Below, piece after piece: positions 1-13,358 of a stretch of 39,937 nucleotides of DNA (within the stretch, counting starts at the first letter, position 1; each line of letters begins with the position of its first letter). This stretch comes from Trichinella spiralis. Lineage: Eukaryota. Location: NCBI RefSeq assembly GCF_000181795.1, contig NW_003526945.1, positions 4,314,313 through 4,354,249 on the forward strand. The letters run 5' to 3'. The notes beneath the pieces were generated by a model. The model was not told where the DNA came from, ran no database searches, and was given only the letters and a program-made list of their open reading frames with translations. The position numbers and the translations under genes were made by a program.

Positions 1-333
1 TGAATTATTACTATCGCATTTGATATAACGTCACTTTGGTACAATAAAATATAGAATAATGATAAAAATTATTTTCAAAAATACTGATAATGAAAAAGTA
101 TAGACTACACAACAAATAATATATTTAAATAAACAAAATTTCAACGAATGACGAAACTTCAAGCAGACAATAAAATTTTGGAATAATAAACATTTTCATT
201 TTTTATGTTACGTCACTATTATTAAAGTTACGTAATCCTAAACCAATGAAATGAAAAAATATTACAGCTAATCACAAGGGAAAGATTTGAATCAATGAGC
301 AATTAGACAAGGAAAACCAATACGAAAAAGACT

Positions 334-377
334 TTACGGTCTAATAAAATAGCGAGATTACGGACTAATAAAATAGC
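334..377. repeat. Short direct repeat, 2 x 20 bp (TTACGG[T/A]CTAATAAAATAGC), period 24
   Basis: Copies at 334-353 and 358-377 differ at one position. Confidence 0.75.
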
Positions 378-1288
378 AAGGACAACGACCAATAAATGAA
401 CAGTGGGACCGAATGGGAATAAAATTGAGCCCAACTGGGACCATCCCTAAATCTGGCCAAAAATTGTTGAGCTATTCACGCATCGAAGTTCAAGTTCACT
501 GGAAAAATGTTTCCAAAAAGAATAATAAAAAATATCCATTGATATTTTATTTGAATCTTAATTACAAATTCATATGCAAATGAGTGCGTGTGTTATCGAA
601 TTTGCAATACGCTCTGGACAAAATGCAAACCACAAACAACACATCAGTATACGATATGTTACCCATCTGTGATAGATCACGTTGATGAATTCATCGAATA
701 TTTTACAATAATTCACAAAAAAAAGTTGAACGTAAGTATAAAAAAGCATGCTCAAAATCGATCAAAGAACTGAAAATAAATCTTTCACAACCTTTCAAAA
801 AAGAATAATGATTATTATCATCTTTGCAGAGGTTTGTCTTTCTTTTCAAATAAATAAAGCATCAAAGTCGACAAAATAATAATAAATCACCAAAATAAAG
901 TGAATGCGTGTACGCATGATTTGCACAAGAAGTGATGCAAATTTTTACGCATCTTCAATTCAGATTACTTATTTCAATTTGCATAATCTAGCATCAGAAG
1001 AAGATTGCTTGCCCCTTGCCTGAACGAATGATTAAATTTGTTTGTGGTCAACAAAAAAAGAGAATAAGCGTGGCAATTTGATACAAAAAACCACAAGAAT
1101 GTTGCTCAAAATAAAAACATTGCATTTTCCACGTATTATTATTATTATTATTTGCAGTTTTACATATAATTACACATCAAATCGTCTTTTAACAAACGTC
1201 AGCAACAATTTCTAATTTCAGCTCAATTTCTTCAATTAAATTTCCACTAAAATTCATTTTAAAATGTTCCATTTGAAAATAAAAAAAA

Positions 1289-1306
1289 ACACACACACAC
1301 ACACAC
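1289..1306. repeat. (AC)n microsatellite
   Basis: Seen directly. Other simple repeats occur near 5497-5515 (GA)n, 5571-5590 (ACTAC)n and 13286-13310 (TAA)n. Confidence 0.85.
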
Positions 1307-4300
1307 AAACACAGACAAAGTGTGCAGAAATTGTCCGAATCAAAAAAGTGAACAATAGAATTAATGAGCAGTAATTATTTTTTGCATAAGCTTGAAAAGG
1401 GTCGATTGAAAAAAAACACAAAACAAAATTGCCTAATCAAAGAATTGCCAAAAATCGACGAACATAAAAATAGAAGAGAAATACATTTTCTGCAAAAATT
1501 TCTCGCTTGGAATCAATTTAATTTCATTCGATCAACAACAGGCAATATCATTAATCAGTTTTCTTCGGTTGAAAAGCGAAATTTGCTTAAAACACAGACG
1601 ACGGACTCGCCGTTATCTTATCATCATTATCATTATCATTATTATTCGCTTGCTTAGCTCAACTCAGAGTGGGGAAAGATTTCTTCGAAAAACTGAAACT
1701 TCCATCGCCATCATCATCTACAAGCACGCAGGGTGTGTCTTGTCTGTCAATCGATCCCGGTGGAATTGTAAATTGGTGGGCAAAATTCAATTTTCACCTT
1801 CGTCAATCAAGTGGAAAAATTTCCCCTTCTCCAAGAACAATCATCTCATCCCTCCCTTCCTCCCTCTCAACCCCTTTTCCATCCGTAGTACACTCGACCC
1901 TGATAATAATAATCCATCCACAAGCTCTATTGCAAATGATGAATTAATTTCATTGCAATTGCAAATTCATTTACAATTTCGTCGAGCACAATTTCTTGCA
2001 CTAATTTGCACTTGTTGCATGTTCTCTCTTTACATCTCTCTCTCTCTCTCATTCGTTCTCTGAAGCAAAACTCTTGTGTTAACCGTGTGGAAAAAATTGC
2101 TGTAATGAAGACTAATTGGATGCATTGTCAGTGTGATAATAATAATAATCACGGGCCAAAATTCACAAGTATGCGGCTGATCAGTTGAATTGATCAGAGT
2201 CAAAAAAAAAGAAAGAAAAAAGACACTTTTCTTGCACAAATGATAATTGGCAATCAAAAATGAATCTGCTCCAACGTCGAGGCCAAAATTTACGCGCGCG
2301 CGCGCACAGACGCGTACGGTAGAAAATCGAATTCCAACTCTCACAACAATTCGAACGCAAATAAACAGAGAAAGCTGGGGAAAAAATGGTCAAAAAAGAA
2401 ATTTATTCTTACGAAAATAACTTATTTCAATTTTGTTCACAAATTTGCTATGCATGATTCGATAATATACGAAGCAGATGAATAGGATGGATGAATTGGT
2501 TGAAAAATAAAAAAAGTACACCAACTTGAGAGGTATTATCATTATCGCATAGAAAGTTTAAACTAATTGACTCAACTTTGATCTGTTGATTGATTATTAG
2601 TTGATGCAAGAAAAAAATGCATAAAATAAATAAACGAATGAATGAATATTAAAAAAGTAAATAAATTCGTCTATTTGTCGCCAATTTCGCATATTTACAG
2701 ATGGTATTGGCAGATTGTTGGAGGGATAGATTTGTGCAAAGTGTTTGCCTTTCTCAGCGCCACTGGTATACCCAACTACAAATGTGGAACCCTGTGGTCA
2801 ATAAGTACTTGAAAAGCTCAATTCGATGACAACCGGGACCGTGTATAACAACTGAAAAGTAAATCCAAGCCGACTCTGCGGCCAAATACACACACACACA
2901 CACAACCCACGCTGTGGATGAAATGAAAAATAATAAGAAGCAAACAGAATCATCAATTGGTACCGACCAGAACGGCAAACTCATGCTAGAGGTGCAATCG
3001 AATATCCGAAGAACCCGAAATGTTCTCTTGGATCAATTTCACCATTGAAACTGTGATTTTTCTAAATGAACCAGACCAACTCTGAAACTTCATTCCGCAA
3101 AAAATCTAATAGCACACAAAGGAGAGAGAAATTTTCCAATGATCAAATTATTCACAAATCTACAAGGATGGAAACAGTGGAATAGGGGAAAAAAACAGCA
3201 ACAAATTTGATCATTATCCACTTTAGTTAATTCTTGCCGCTGATCATTTTTCCCAGAAAATGTCAAAAAAACTTTTCAGAAATCGATTATGCACAACCAA
3301 TCATTGAATTGAGTTTCATAATTTTCCGTGAAATTGCACCAAATTCTCTCTTCCCACCCAACGGAACACTAACAAAATTTGACTGAAATTGCTTTTTGAT
3401 TTTACAATTGAAAAATTAATCATCATCACCACCACCACCACCAAGTCCATTTCACCGACTTCTCAACCGCAAAATCTGCTACTTGCTATAACTGTAAACG
3501 AGCTTAATAATGACGACAACAAAATAATAAAAGGATCTCTTTTGTTTTTCCACTTTTTCCCACCACACTTTGTTGTTTGTTCTGTTAGCTGAAATTGGAT
3601 TTGTACTTTTTCTTTTCTCTCCTTTCTTCAACTACTGTTTGTCTTGAAAAATTTACATGTTGCTGCTGCTGCTGTTTGTTCTCAACCATTGCTGAAAACA
3701 CTTTTAAGCTAGCTGTACGTACCATTCGAAGAAACAAACAAACAAACATCTCACCCCTCCGCCGATCAGTGAAATTGACAAAATATTCAAAAAACAAAAT
3801 AACAAAAAAACAGTTTTTTTTGTTTCTGAATATTTTTGCAAATTTGCGCGTTTGATCAGTTAATTTCCATTTTGTAATAATATTTATACTTAAATATTAG
3901 ACAATTGATCAATTCCATTTGTTTTGTTTTCCAAATTGCACGTTGTGGAAGAATGGTTCGGTCATTGGATTCAAATTGTCGAAAATTGGAAAGTGAAATG
4001 TGAGATTGATTGTACGAAATGCGCGCACACGCACATGCGCACAGCAGTCGACAGATTTTCTTCAATCCTGGTATGTTAAATTGCATTTCAACAAAGCTTA
4101 ATTAATAAATAATTGTGAAATTGAAAATGTTATTATTTTTGAAAATATTAATTTTTTTTCGATATGCAAAAAGAAGATGATATTTATTTATTATTGGTGT
4201 GCAGTGAGTAGTGAAATGGTGAAATATTATTGCACTTGATGAGATGGGTAGTTGTGTTGCAATTGGGCATAGAAGGGAGGGGGTTGTGGCGCGGCAGTCG

Positions 4301-4557
4301 ACGACAGTAATACTTAATAATAATAATAATAAAATTTCTGGCCATTGATTGGTCAACAGGACGGCAAGCCAACCGTCCGTCCGTCCACTGAGAGTTCGGA
4401 TAACAATTAAAACGCCGAAGCTGAAGCGCACGGACCGCAATCGAGCAAGCTGAAAAAGAGTCGCCTCTCGTTCACAGTCGGTCCTGAACTGCGAGCCGGT
4501 CACAATAAGAATAAAATAAATACTGCTTTGCCAAACCGCACCGCAAGCCTGGCATCA

Positions 4558-4906
4558 ATGAAGCACGGCTATCTGGCGCTGATTGTTCTCTGCGCCTGTA
4601 CGATGGAAGTGGTAAATTGTGAAACGATGAGCGAAAAGACCCGCCGGTCACCTTTGGAAGATTTCCTATCCCAAATTCGTGGCGAAGGACTTTTGAACAG
4701 CAGAATGCGGTTCGTGTTCAAAAAAAAAAATTTTCCCCTCCTCCTACATATATATATATATATTATAAAACCGTTCCATTGCTTTTCACTTTAGATTTGG
4801 AAAACGCATTCCGGCTGCCCAACGACCCTGGAACTTGGACAACTACTACGCGGGCTTGTACTTGCATCCCAGGATCTACCAGAGCTATTCAGATTCGTTC
4901 ACTTGA
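4558..4906 (+). CDS. [9 protein letters not shown]-like neuropeptide precursor (FLP-27/NPF-like), 87 aa; exons 4558-4709 and 4795-4906
   Basis: Hydrophobic signal peptide MKHGYLALIVLCACTMEVVNC, then RR, then [25 protein letters not shown]. The GKR amidation/cleavage signal appears only after removing an 85-nt intron (CG|gttcgt...actttag|A TTT GGA AAA CGC). Stop TGA at 4904-4906. The peptide resembles C. elegans FLP-27 ([28 protein letters not shown], from recall). Confidence 0.88.
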
Positions 4907-7900
4907 AATGGGAGAATTTCGTGTCGGATTTCTTGTCCCCCACACGACAACAACACCAACAATACCAACAACAACCACAGGCGACACATGTGCAAAATCA
5001 CGCAGCGACAACTCTGTCTAGATATGGTGAAATTTATTTGTGATATTGTGCAAAATAAAAAGATAAAAAAACTGAAATAATAGAAAATTCTTCTTCTTAT
5101 TATTCTTATTCTTTCCCCCCCCCCCACCCCTTCCATCCCCCATTCTGACGTTTGAAAAGTGTCGTTCCCGTACGCAAGGAAACAAAGCTAAATGCCCTGC
5201 TAAAAACAACGCTTGCAAAACAGCCGAAGAAGCGTCGAATGATATTCGCAAATTTATTTTGTTTGTTTGTTTATTTGTTTACTTGTTTGCAACATTGGAT
5301 GAATACTAATAGTAGTGTCTGTGAACGGCCGTCGAAGAGAGAGTTCATCAATTTGTTGGCCGCCCATTTGCGATAATTTGTTTTTCCATAGCAGTTGAGA
5401 ACAACAGTGCGCGCACAATAAAGCCTGATTGTTGAGAATAAATCAAATTCACTTTTAAACTTAAGAGCAACGATGGGCATGCAGAGGGGAGAGGGAGAGA
5501 GAGAGAGAGAGAGAGAAAAATTTACACAGATTAAATTAATGATTCGGCTAAATTGTGATGACGCCTCTTAACTACACTACACTACACTACATTACGAAAA
5601 ACGCTCTGCTGAGCAGCAGAGATCAGAATGCAATTTCGACCGCGCACCATCCCAGCCAAATAATAACGAACTGTCCATTCAATCAACATGCCATTTTCCA
5701 GTTGAAGCAGTCGAATTGAAAGCATGATGAATTATTATTATTGGTGATGTTCGTTCTTCTTTATTTTTTTTGGGCTCTCAACATTCCCATTTCTATAGTC
5801 GACAAACAATTGCACAATTCGACCACATCCAACCACCGGAACAACAGAGAACAAAAAATATACGGGTTGAAGAAGAAGAAGAAGAAGAGAATGTTGGAAT
5901 GGAAACAGTGACAAGAAATTACAAATCTCAATTATAGAACGACGACGAGTTCAAAGTCAAATGATGCGCTCGGTCGGCTTTGATGGAAAAGTTAAACGAG
6001 AAATGAAAAAATTTTCTTTTATATCAGCCCAAATTGGATAACTTTGGAAAATTATGCACACATATTCGAAAAGTACAAACAAAATACACAACACTTAATC
6101 AATAATATAGCCGGCACTGACTGCAATAACAAAAATGAAGCATAATTGAAATTTTCAAATAAATCATTATCATCGCATTTCGTCACTTAAAATTTCTACT
6201 CCACGTCCAATTAATCATCGACTAATACAGAGTTTGGACGAAAAGTTACAAAGAAAACGTCATCAAGAGACGAAACAAATCGTATTGCTTCAAATTCCAC
6301 CGAGAGTGGAAAGACCAGGGAAAATTTTCAAACGACCACAATGCGAAATGCATACACATGTGCAACTTTTCCGATCCGAGCATAATTAAATCCAAGTAAA
6401 TGCACTTCTAAAAATAATACACACACTCAGCCCAAAATACATCGAACGTATTTCTTCTTGCTATTCTCTTCTCCTGTCCGTTGCTGTTTTATTCATTTAT
6501 AATATGCAGATACAACAAAAAAAATATGCAAATCAATGCAAATACACCACAGTCGACGCTAATAGAGTAAGTTACAGTACAGATAGAATGGGTTCGATTT
6601 TCCTCGTAATTTTGTTGAAACTGACTCTTCAAAAATTAAAATTGACAATTATTAAATTCAAAAAAGAAAAAATATTCATTTTTTTTGTTCACAATTCCTT
6701 TATAGAGCATCATCAAAATTTTGCATTATTGGGAACAGAATTGTGGTTTTGCAAAACGGTCGCCCCGTGTTGCGCGGTCAGTAAAATTGAAAGCGGCGGA
6801 TGATTAATCGACTGAATCAAGACAATTCATCTAATGGCCGGCAATGAAGCAGTAAATGGAAAATTCACAATTTCACCTTTGCAACGTCGATGAAGCAGCC
6901 CAACGGACAGCTACAATCCAAACAGCCATACTGTGTAAATAATAAGAATGCCCAACAATGGACTGGGCTGGGGAGAGGGAGGATCAATGACGCAGTTCGT
7001 GGTGCAAAATTTTCCCAACCAAATTGTCCCCACCCCACCCCCTTGACGCGAATTCACCGAGAGCAGGATTTGAAACCGATGAGGATAATTTTTCGCAACT
7101 TGCAAAATCGTCGAATGTATAATTTGCAAATTGCCAACGCAAAACACAATCGTTTTGTCGTTTCGATGTTTACTTGTTTGTTTGTTTGTTTGTCACTTTG
7201 TTTTGCCCCTTTGTAAACACAATGATCAAGCACGATAAAAGAAAAAAACAACGCCCGCAGATGCGCACTGTCCGCTGTTGGACGAGAATGCAAATGCCAC
7301 CCACATTCTTCAACCGACAATCGAAGAGTAATGAAGTAATGAAAATCAATGACAAGCCTCGACCAAAGCATACAATAAATTAGTCGACAATTTCCATTTT
7401 TGCAACACACAACAATAATTGGATTATTGAAAATTACAGTTTTGCAAAACAACCACTAATTGACACCATTTCACCGATCAAGAATGTCAAATCATTACTA
7501 CTACTTGTTGCTTTTTGGCAATGTTGAAGAAGAAGAAGAAGATAGCCGAATAAATTGACCAGAATCTCACGAAAAAATATACAATAAAATAATAAAACAC
7601 TTACCTTCAAAAAATGTGTATCATCAAATGTGAATTTTTGTTCGTCGAAACAAAATATTGGCGGATAACCATTCAGCCGAGCTGTATCGTGTTCGTCGAC
7701 TGCGTTGAGAGATGAGAAAAATTGAATAATTTTATCAAAAGAAAAAAAATAATACAATTATTGCCATTTACTTTTCTGTTTCATACTGGACATCAACGCC
7801 TGACTTCGTCGAAACTAAATACAATTGTAATTTTTAAAAAAATATTAATAATTCAAAAAAAAAAAACAAATTCATTTGCCTTCAAATCGGGACTTTTCAT

Positions 7901-9004
7901 CTGACGTAGGAACAAAAGTACAGAGCCGTCCATTGCATTCCAACATTTCAAATATGGAAGTGCAATCTACATAACAATAATAATAATGATAATATTATTA
8001 TTATTATGAATAATATTTTCTTCAATAAATCAACATAAGAATGAAAAGAAAAAAAATTATTTTTTTTAATTAACAATTCTTATCGCTTTGTTTTTGTCTT
8101 TTGATTATTTGAAAATAAATAATAACATTAAATCAATAAATAATTTCATCAGATTTTTACATTTTCCGTTTTAATAATTTATGTTCGCTCATTCCCGACT
8201 TCATTCAGTTGGAACAATTGTGCATCACCAATCGTACAATAGAATCGAATACAATAAATGCAAATTTCGTGCTTTCGCTTGCGTTCATTAATTAATGATT
8301 AATTAAGTTTTTTCTTTCAACATTTTCCAATCTCATTATCGTTAAGTGAACAACAATAACCAGCGCTGGAAACAAACAAGATAAGCAATAATGAAAGCCA
8401 AAATATTTATCATCCTTTCATTCTGCAAAGCGTTGCTAACTGACAGGGCGGTTTGAAGGCAATTTCATTAGGCGATAATCCTTGGCAACAATTTCTACGC
8501 TGCCGCATTATTCTCTCTCTCACTCTATATATACATATATGTCTATCTATCAAAGCACATTATCAAGCTTATACCACCCTTCTTGATTAACCCATTTAAC
8601 GACCAAATCATCAAGCACGCTTAATTAATGTCGAGCAGTTGTGCAAAATGAAAACTGTGCAATAATCATAAATTGTCTAAGCAATAATCGTAAAATTCCA
8701 TCTACACAAGATCTCCGCAGCGCGGCTGGACGCCCACCACTCCACTCCACTGTCGATCCTTTTGCTCCAACATTATTCTTAACAATTATCACCACGCTAT
8801 GGCACGAAAACTTACAATTAATAATAAACAATAAAGTCGTTAAGTTTGAAAGGAAAGAAAGCCAAAAAAACTACCCAACAACAACACACTGACAACAAAT
8901 AAATTTAAATCAATAACTAAATTTTTTCCCAATATTGTTTTTTTGTTCAAACCATTTAAATTTGCATAATAATTATTGTTCAACATTGCGAAATGCCATC
9001 TTAC

Positions 9005-11876
9005 CCGAAAAGTGCCGATGCCGGTGGTACTTTTTGCCAAAACCAGAGCCAAATGGCGCCCTTCGACGTGGAACAAATTCGACGGTTCACGTTGGTCATT
9101 GCCGTCGTGCAAGATCAGCGTCAAACTGCCCAGTCGAACTTGGAGCCAAGTTTCAAAGCCGACGACCGGCGTCGGACGTGGCTCCAGAGCACCGATCGAA
9201 TCCAAAAATGGACGCAAACCCAGCAGTACAACGGAGCCGCGTTCACGCAGCCAGCCCAACTGTGCGGTGCTGATTTTCAGCCTCAGCCCACGGTCGCCGT
9301 CGACCCTCAGCCGGACAGTACGATTTCGACCATTGCCGGAGTTGGATATTTCCAAACGACCGCAACAATCCAGCACAGCGCAAATGGTAGCTTTTTCAAC
9401 TTGAAACAACACAACAACAATCGACTAGAACAACAAACAAACAAACAAAAACTGCAATCACTTTTATTATTCGCATCTTCTTCGTTCTGCGATGCAATGA
9501 CAAAAACGTTCTTCAGCTTTAGCTCGACAACGGTCAGAACTTTGCCTCTTGGCGCAGCAGGAATACAAGGTTCTTTCCCATACTCCAGCGCAGCGGCATT
9601 CACCACAGTGGCTTTTTTTTCCCTTAGAAATCTGCGAATCTAAAATGTGAAGAAAAAAACGAAATAATTTTCTCTCCTAACAATTCAAAAAGTCGAATCG
9701 ACTCAATTTTGAACATTTAATTTAATTTAATTTCGAAAAAAAAGTTCAAATTTTCTCACAATACATTTGGTTAAAAAAAGTCGAACTATCCTGAAAATCA
9801 CAAAATTAACCGTAATACGCATTCAAATTCAACAACTACAACAAATTGCAATTATATCAGAGGAAAAATGGACTTCAGTTGATGTTTGATTTAAATTTAG
9901 AATTAAAAATGAAACATTTTATTAATGTTCACTTAGAAGTTCAATCAAAAACAACAATTGTCGCTTACGATGAAATTTAAAGCGACGTGTCGAAACAGGA
10001 GAACATCGGCAGGGGGCAAGTCGATTTCCAATCGACCAAGCGAACGGATGTCGTTTTCACTCGCACTGCCGATCAACTTCTGACCGTAGCTGCGCACGTA
10101 CAGAAGCAGAGCTCGAATTCTCGACAACACACTTTTCAAACTTTTCGCCTTGTTCAAGTCATGATTATTTTTCACCAAACACCACGCAGCAAACTGCCAC
10201 CACTGTCTTGGACTGAAAATTCAACGAAAATTAAAAAAATTAAACCCTAAAACAAAAAAAAATAATAACAATAAAATCGAACTTCGATTTGACGTCATGC
10301 AGGGGGCGCCATTTTTCGTACTGACTCTTACGATAATACAGTAACCAATTTTCGAGCAGGTTCTGTATTTTTCTCAAGCGAATCAGGTCGAAAAAAAAAT
10401 TCAAACCGCTGATCAAAACACTGAACTAAATTGACACATTTTGAAAAAAAAACTTCTTTTCCAAAAAATATGAACAAATGTAAAACTACAAGCCGTGATG
10501 GCAACCGCCAGTTGGACAACTGCGAATTGTTCTTTTCGATTCGAATGCAAATTTTGCAAGCTTCAAATATACAATCGTTCATTTCGACATCTGTTTCGCA
10601 ACTCTAGAAATGGAAATGGAAAATTTCAGTTTTTGTTTCTCCCAAAAAAATATCTTCTTTTTCCCCCAACAACTTGTTCATTCTCGTCTGAATTATGCAA
10701 ATTTTCTCCGTCATCATCACCATCATCATCCTCAGTATAAAATAGTCGAATTCCTGAAAATTCACAGTGGACTACCTCGCTTCCGTAGCCCTGTAATGTG
10801 ATTTCAAAATTGCACAAATAATAATAATAATAAATTCATTATTCGTCAACTTTTCCTCTCTTACCAGAACATGTTCGTTTTGAACAAACAGTAGACGATC
10901 AATTTGACATAACAGAGAAAAACGCTGCTCTGTCCCCACTGCTGACCATTCATCTTTGTACCACAAAGTGAGATATTTGGCAACAATACGCAACTGAAAA
11001 AGCGGCGTGTTTTTTAAGCAAATAATTCTCCTTTTTCTTCAGATTATAGGTGGCGAAAATTAATAATGTCGAATTGATAAATTACTTGTGTACTAATCGG
11101 AAAACAATTGAACGCGCAACTCAAATGCTTACGTTGCCCAAATTTGCATTTAAAAAATTTAAGAAATTAAAAAATTTCCCAAACATCAGTCGACTCACTT
11201 CTACAGATTCGTAGGCAATACTTTCCTCCGGAAATTGAAAATTCGGTACCATGTTTGCCAAAAAACGCTGAAATAGACCGAACAAATTGAAGAAAAGCAG
11301 AAAAGCCGATGGGAAATTTTGCAAATCTGCATACCCGATGCATGCGTTCGGTTAATTCGAACTTTGCCTGGGTTGCTTCTTCATCGATTTCACCGTCAAG
11401 ATTGTCAATCTTCTTCAAATAAAAAATAATTATTCAAAATGAATTACAACCCAAGCATTGTCAATTTCTCACTTTTTCATTGCAAGGCACCAGAAGTAAA
11501 TGCAATTCTTCAATTTCAATCTCCGACAGCTGGCGACCACAAATTACTTTCGGAAGTGAAAGCACCAATTTTCTGGCAAAGCCCGAAGAAGCAGCAATCG
11601 GAAGCCGAAGAAGTTGCAAAGCGGTTGTTCTAATTGGCACATTCTCGAGGAAAAATTTTCCTGAGGTATTAAAAGAGTATTTAGATAAAAAAAATTCACT
11701 TCGTCAGTGTGTAATTTCGATATCTGAATATCTTTTACGGACTGCATATTGAAGAATAAAAATAAGCATATCAACTTACCGTTTATCAAGTCAAAAGATT
11801 TCACTTGTCTTTCATCGATGTAGAAGAACTTTCCAATAGGCTTATAAAGCATAGTCGCAAAAAATGAATTTAGCAT
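9005..11876 (-). CDS. VPS13-family (Chorein_N) lipid-transfer protein, N-terminal region of about 610 aa over about 10 exons; 3' end uncertain, possibly continuing to a stop at 7434
   Basis: Exon 11876-11780 plus exon 11660-11473 give MLNSFFATMLYKPIGKFFYIDERQVKSFDLIN-GKFFLENVPIRTTALQLLRLPIAASSGFARKLVLSLP...IEIEELHLLLVP, the Chorein_N pattern. Later exons give NLGN-LRIVAKYLTLWYKD (cf. NLQVKISSIHIRYED) and PRQWWQFAAWCL (cf. the VPS13 R-x-WW-x-[YF]A motif; exon 10212-9969). Exons 9639-9462 and 9399-9005 join in the correct phase with canonical sites. Confidence 0.75.
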
Positions 11877-13358
11877 ACTGAAGCCAAATCTTCACCGATA
11901 TATTTCTTAATATTAATCAGGCGAAATTGAAACACGTTTACCATATTTGCAAATATAATTATTATTAACTGATTCAATTTAAAAACAGTGCCAAATTTCA
12001 CGTTATAAATTGAAAAAGTCACATTAAATCGCGATAACATAATTGAAATATATTTTAAAAAATATTTATATATATGTATACACTAATAAATACAAATAAT
12101 ATAATTAATATTTCAAATACTTGATTGCTTATTGTCAGATTCAAAATGCTGCGTATTGAATTGAAATAAAAATGTAGATTTTTTTATTATTTGTTAATAA
12201 TTATGATATTTTAAATTATTAGCTGTAAATAATATTTTTCTGAGAAATCCCTACAAAACCTACAGTAATGAACATTAATGCAAGTTTAATTTACTAATTA
12301 CATTCCAATTGTAGCATTGTAACTATTAGAGACGAAAATATTTGAACAAATTTGTAAATTTTATTATTATTTAAATTTAAAAAAAAGTTAATATTGTTAT
12401 GAAAAGTTCACAACTTTGCCTAATCCAAGTGTTTTTACTCGAATTTTCAGGTTCTAATCAAACATTTACATAAAGTTTGTCGAAAAGTGATAATTTTCTT
12501 AACATTTCACAGTCAAACAGTCAAAATAGACAATCAGCCAATATTTTCTTTTCGTGCTTTTAAATTCTTATTGTAAAATCAGTATCACAGAAAGCCCTAT
12601 AAATGAGTGAATACTATTCAAATCCGGTTTTGGCAATGTATTTAGGTCAGCTATAGTACTGTGTAGTGGTTTTGTTGTTTAAATTTTACAGAATGAAAAA
12701 TAATTTAACATCGTACGGAAATTGGAAAAATATCTTTGAGTGTATTTTTGATACGACAGTAATTCAGAAACAAAATTTCCACCCACATAATTTATACAAC
12801 ACAATTGTACTTTATTTTTCATTTTTACATAAATCGTACAGTATTCTGTTAAATGAATTTATTTAAATAAATAATGTCAAATTAACGTGGAAAATTTTTT
12901 CTTTTAATTTGACACACTTTAGAAATGAAAATAATTTTCAATATTGAAATACATGCAAATTTGACCATGTCGATGTTGATCGAGCAATTGGGATTGACTA
13001 AATTTAGCTTGATTGTTGAATTTTTGGAAAAAAAATTGATTCGCACTCAAGTGAAGCTTATTGGAAAATAATTAATCCCATTTTAATGCAGTTCGTTTTG
13101 GTCAGCTTTATATCCATTGGACTGTTGTCAGTTAGCGCGGTTAGCTTTTCGAAAAAACAACAAAAAGCATTTTTGATATTCGAAAGATCAATAAATCATT
13201 TTTGAAGATTGTTTTTTGGGCCTGACCAAAACGCAATATTGGGTGATGTGGAGGGGAAATTTGGAAACTTACAAGAGTGAACGCTAATAATAATAATAAT
13301 AATAATAATAAGGAGAAAATGAAGAACAAAAAATAGCCATTGGTAAAAAAAATGCTCG

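Noticed and set aside
570..4500. Many short ORFs in the track
   Set aside because: Low-complexity, microsatellite-derived translations with no consistent splice model; probably non-coding upstream region.
8993..9643. 216-aa plus-strand ORF (and overlapping 112-aa and 142-aa ORFs)
   Set aside because: Antisense shadow of two phase-consistent minus-strand exons of the VPS13-like gene; no recognisable motifs.
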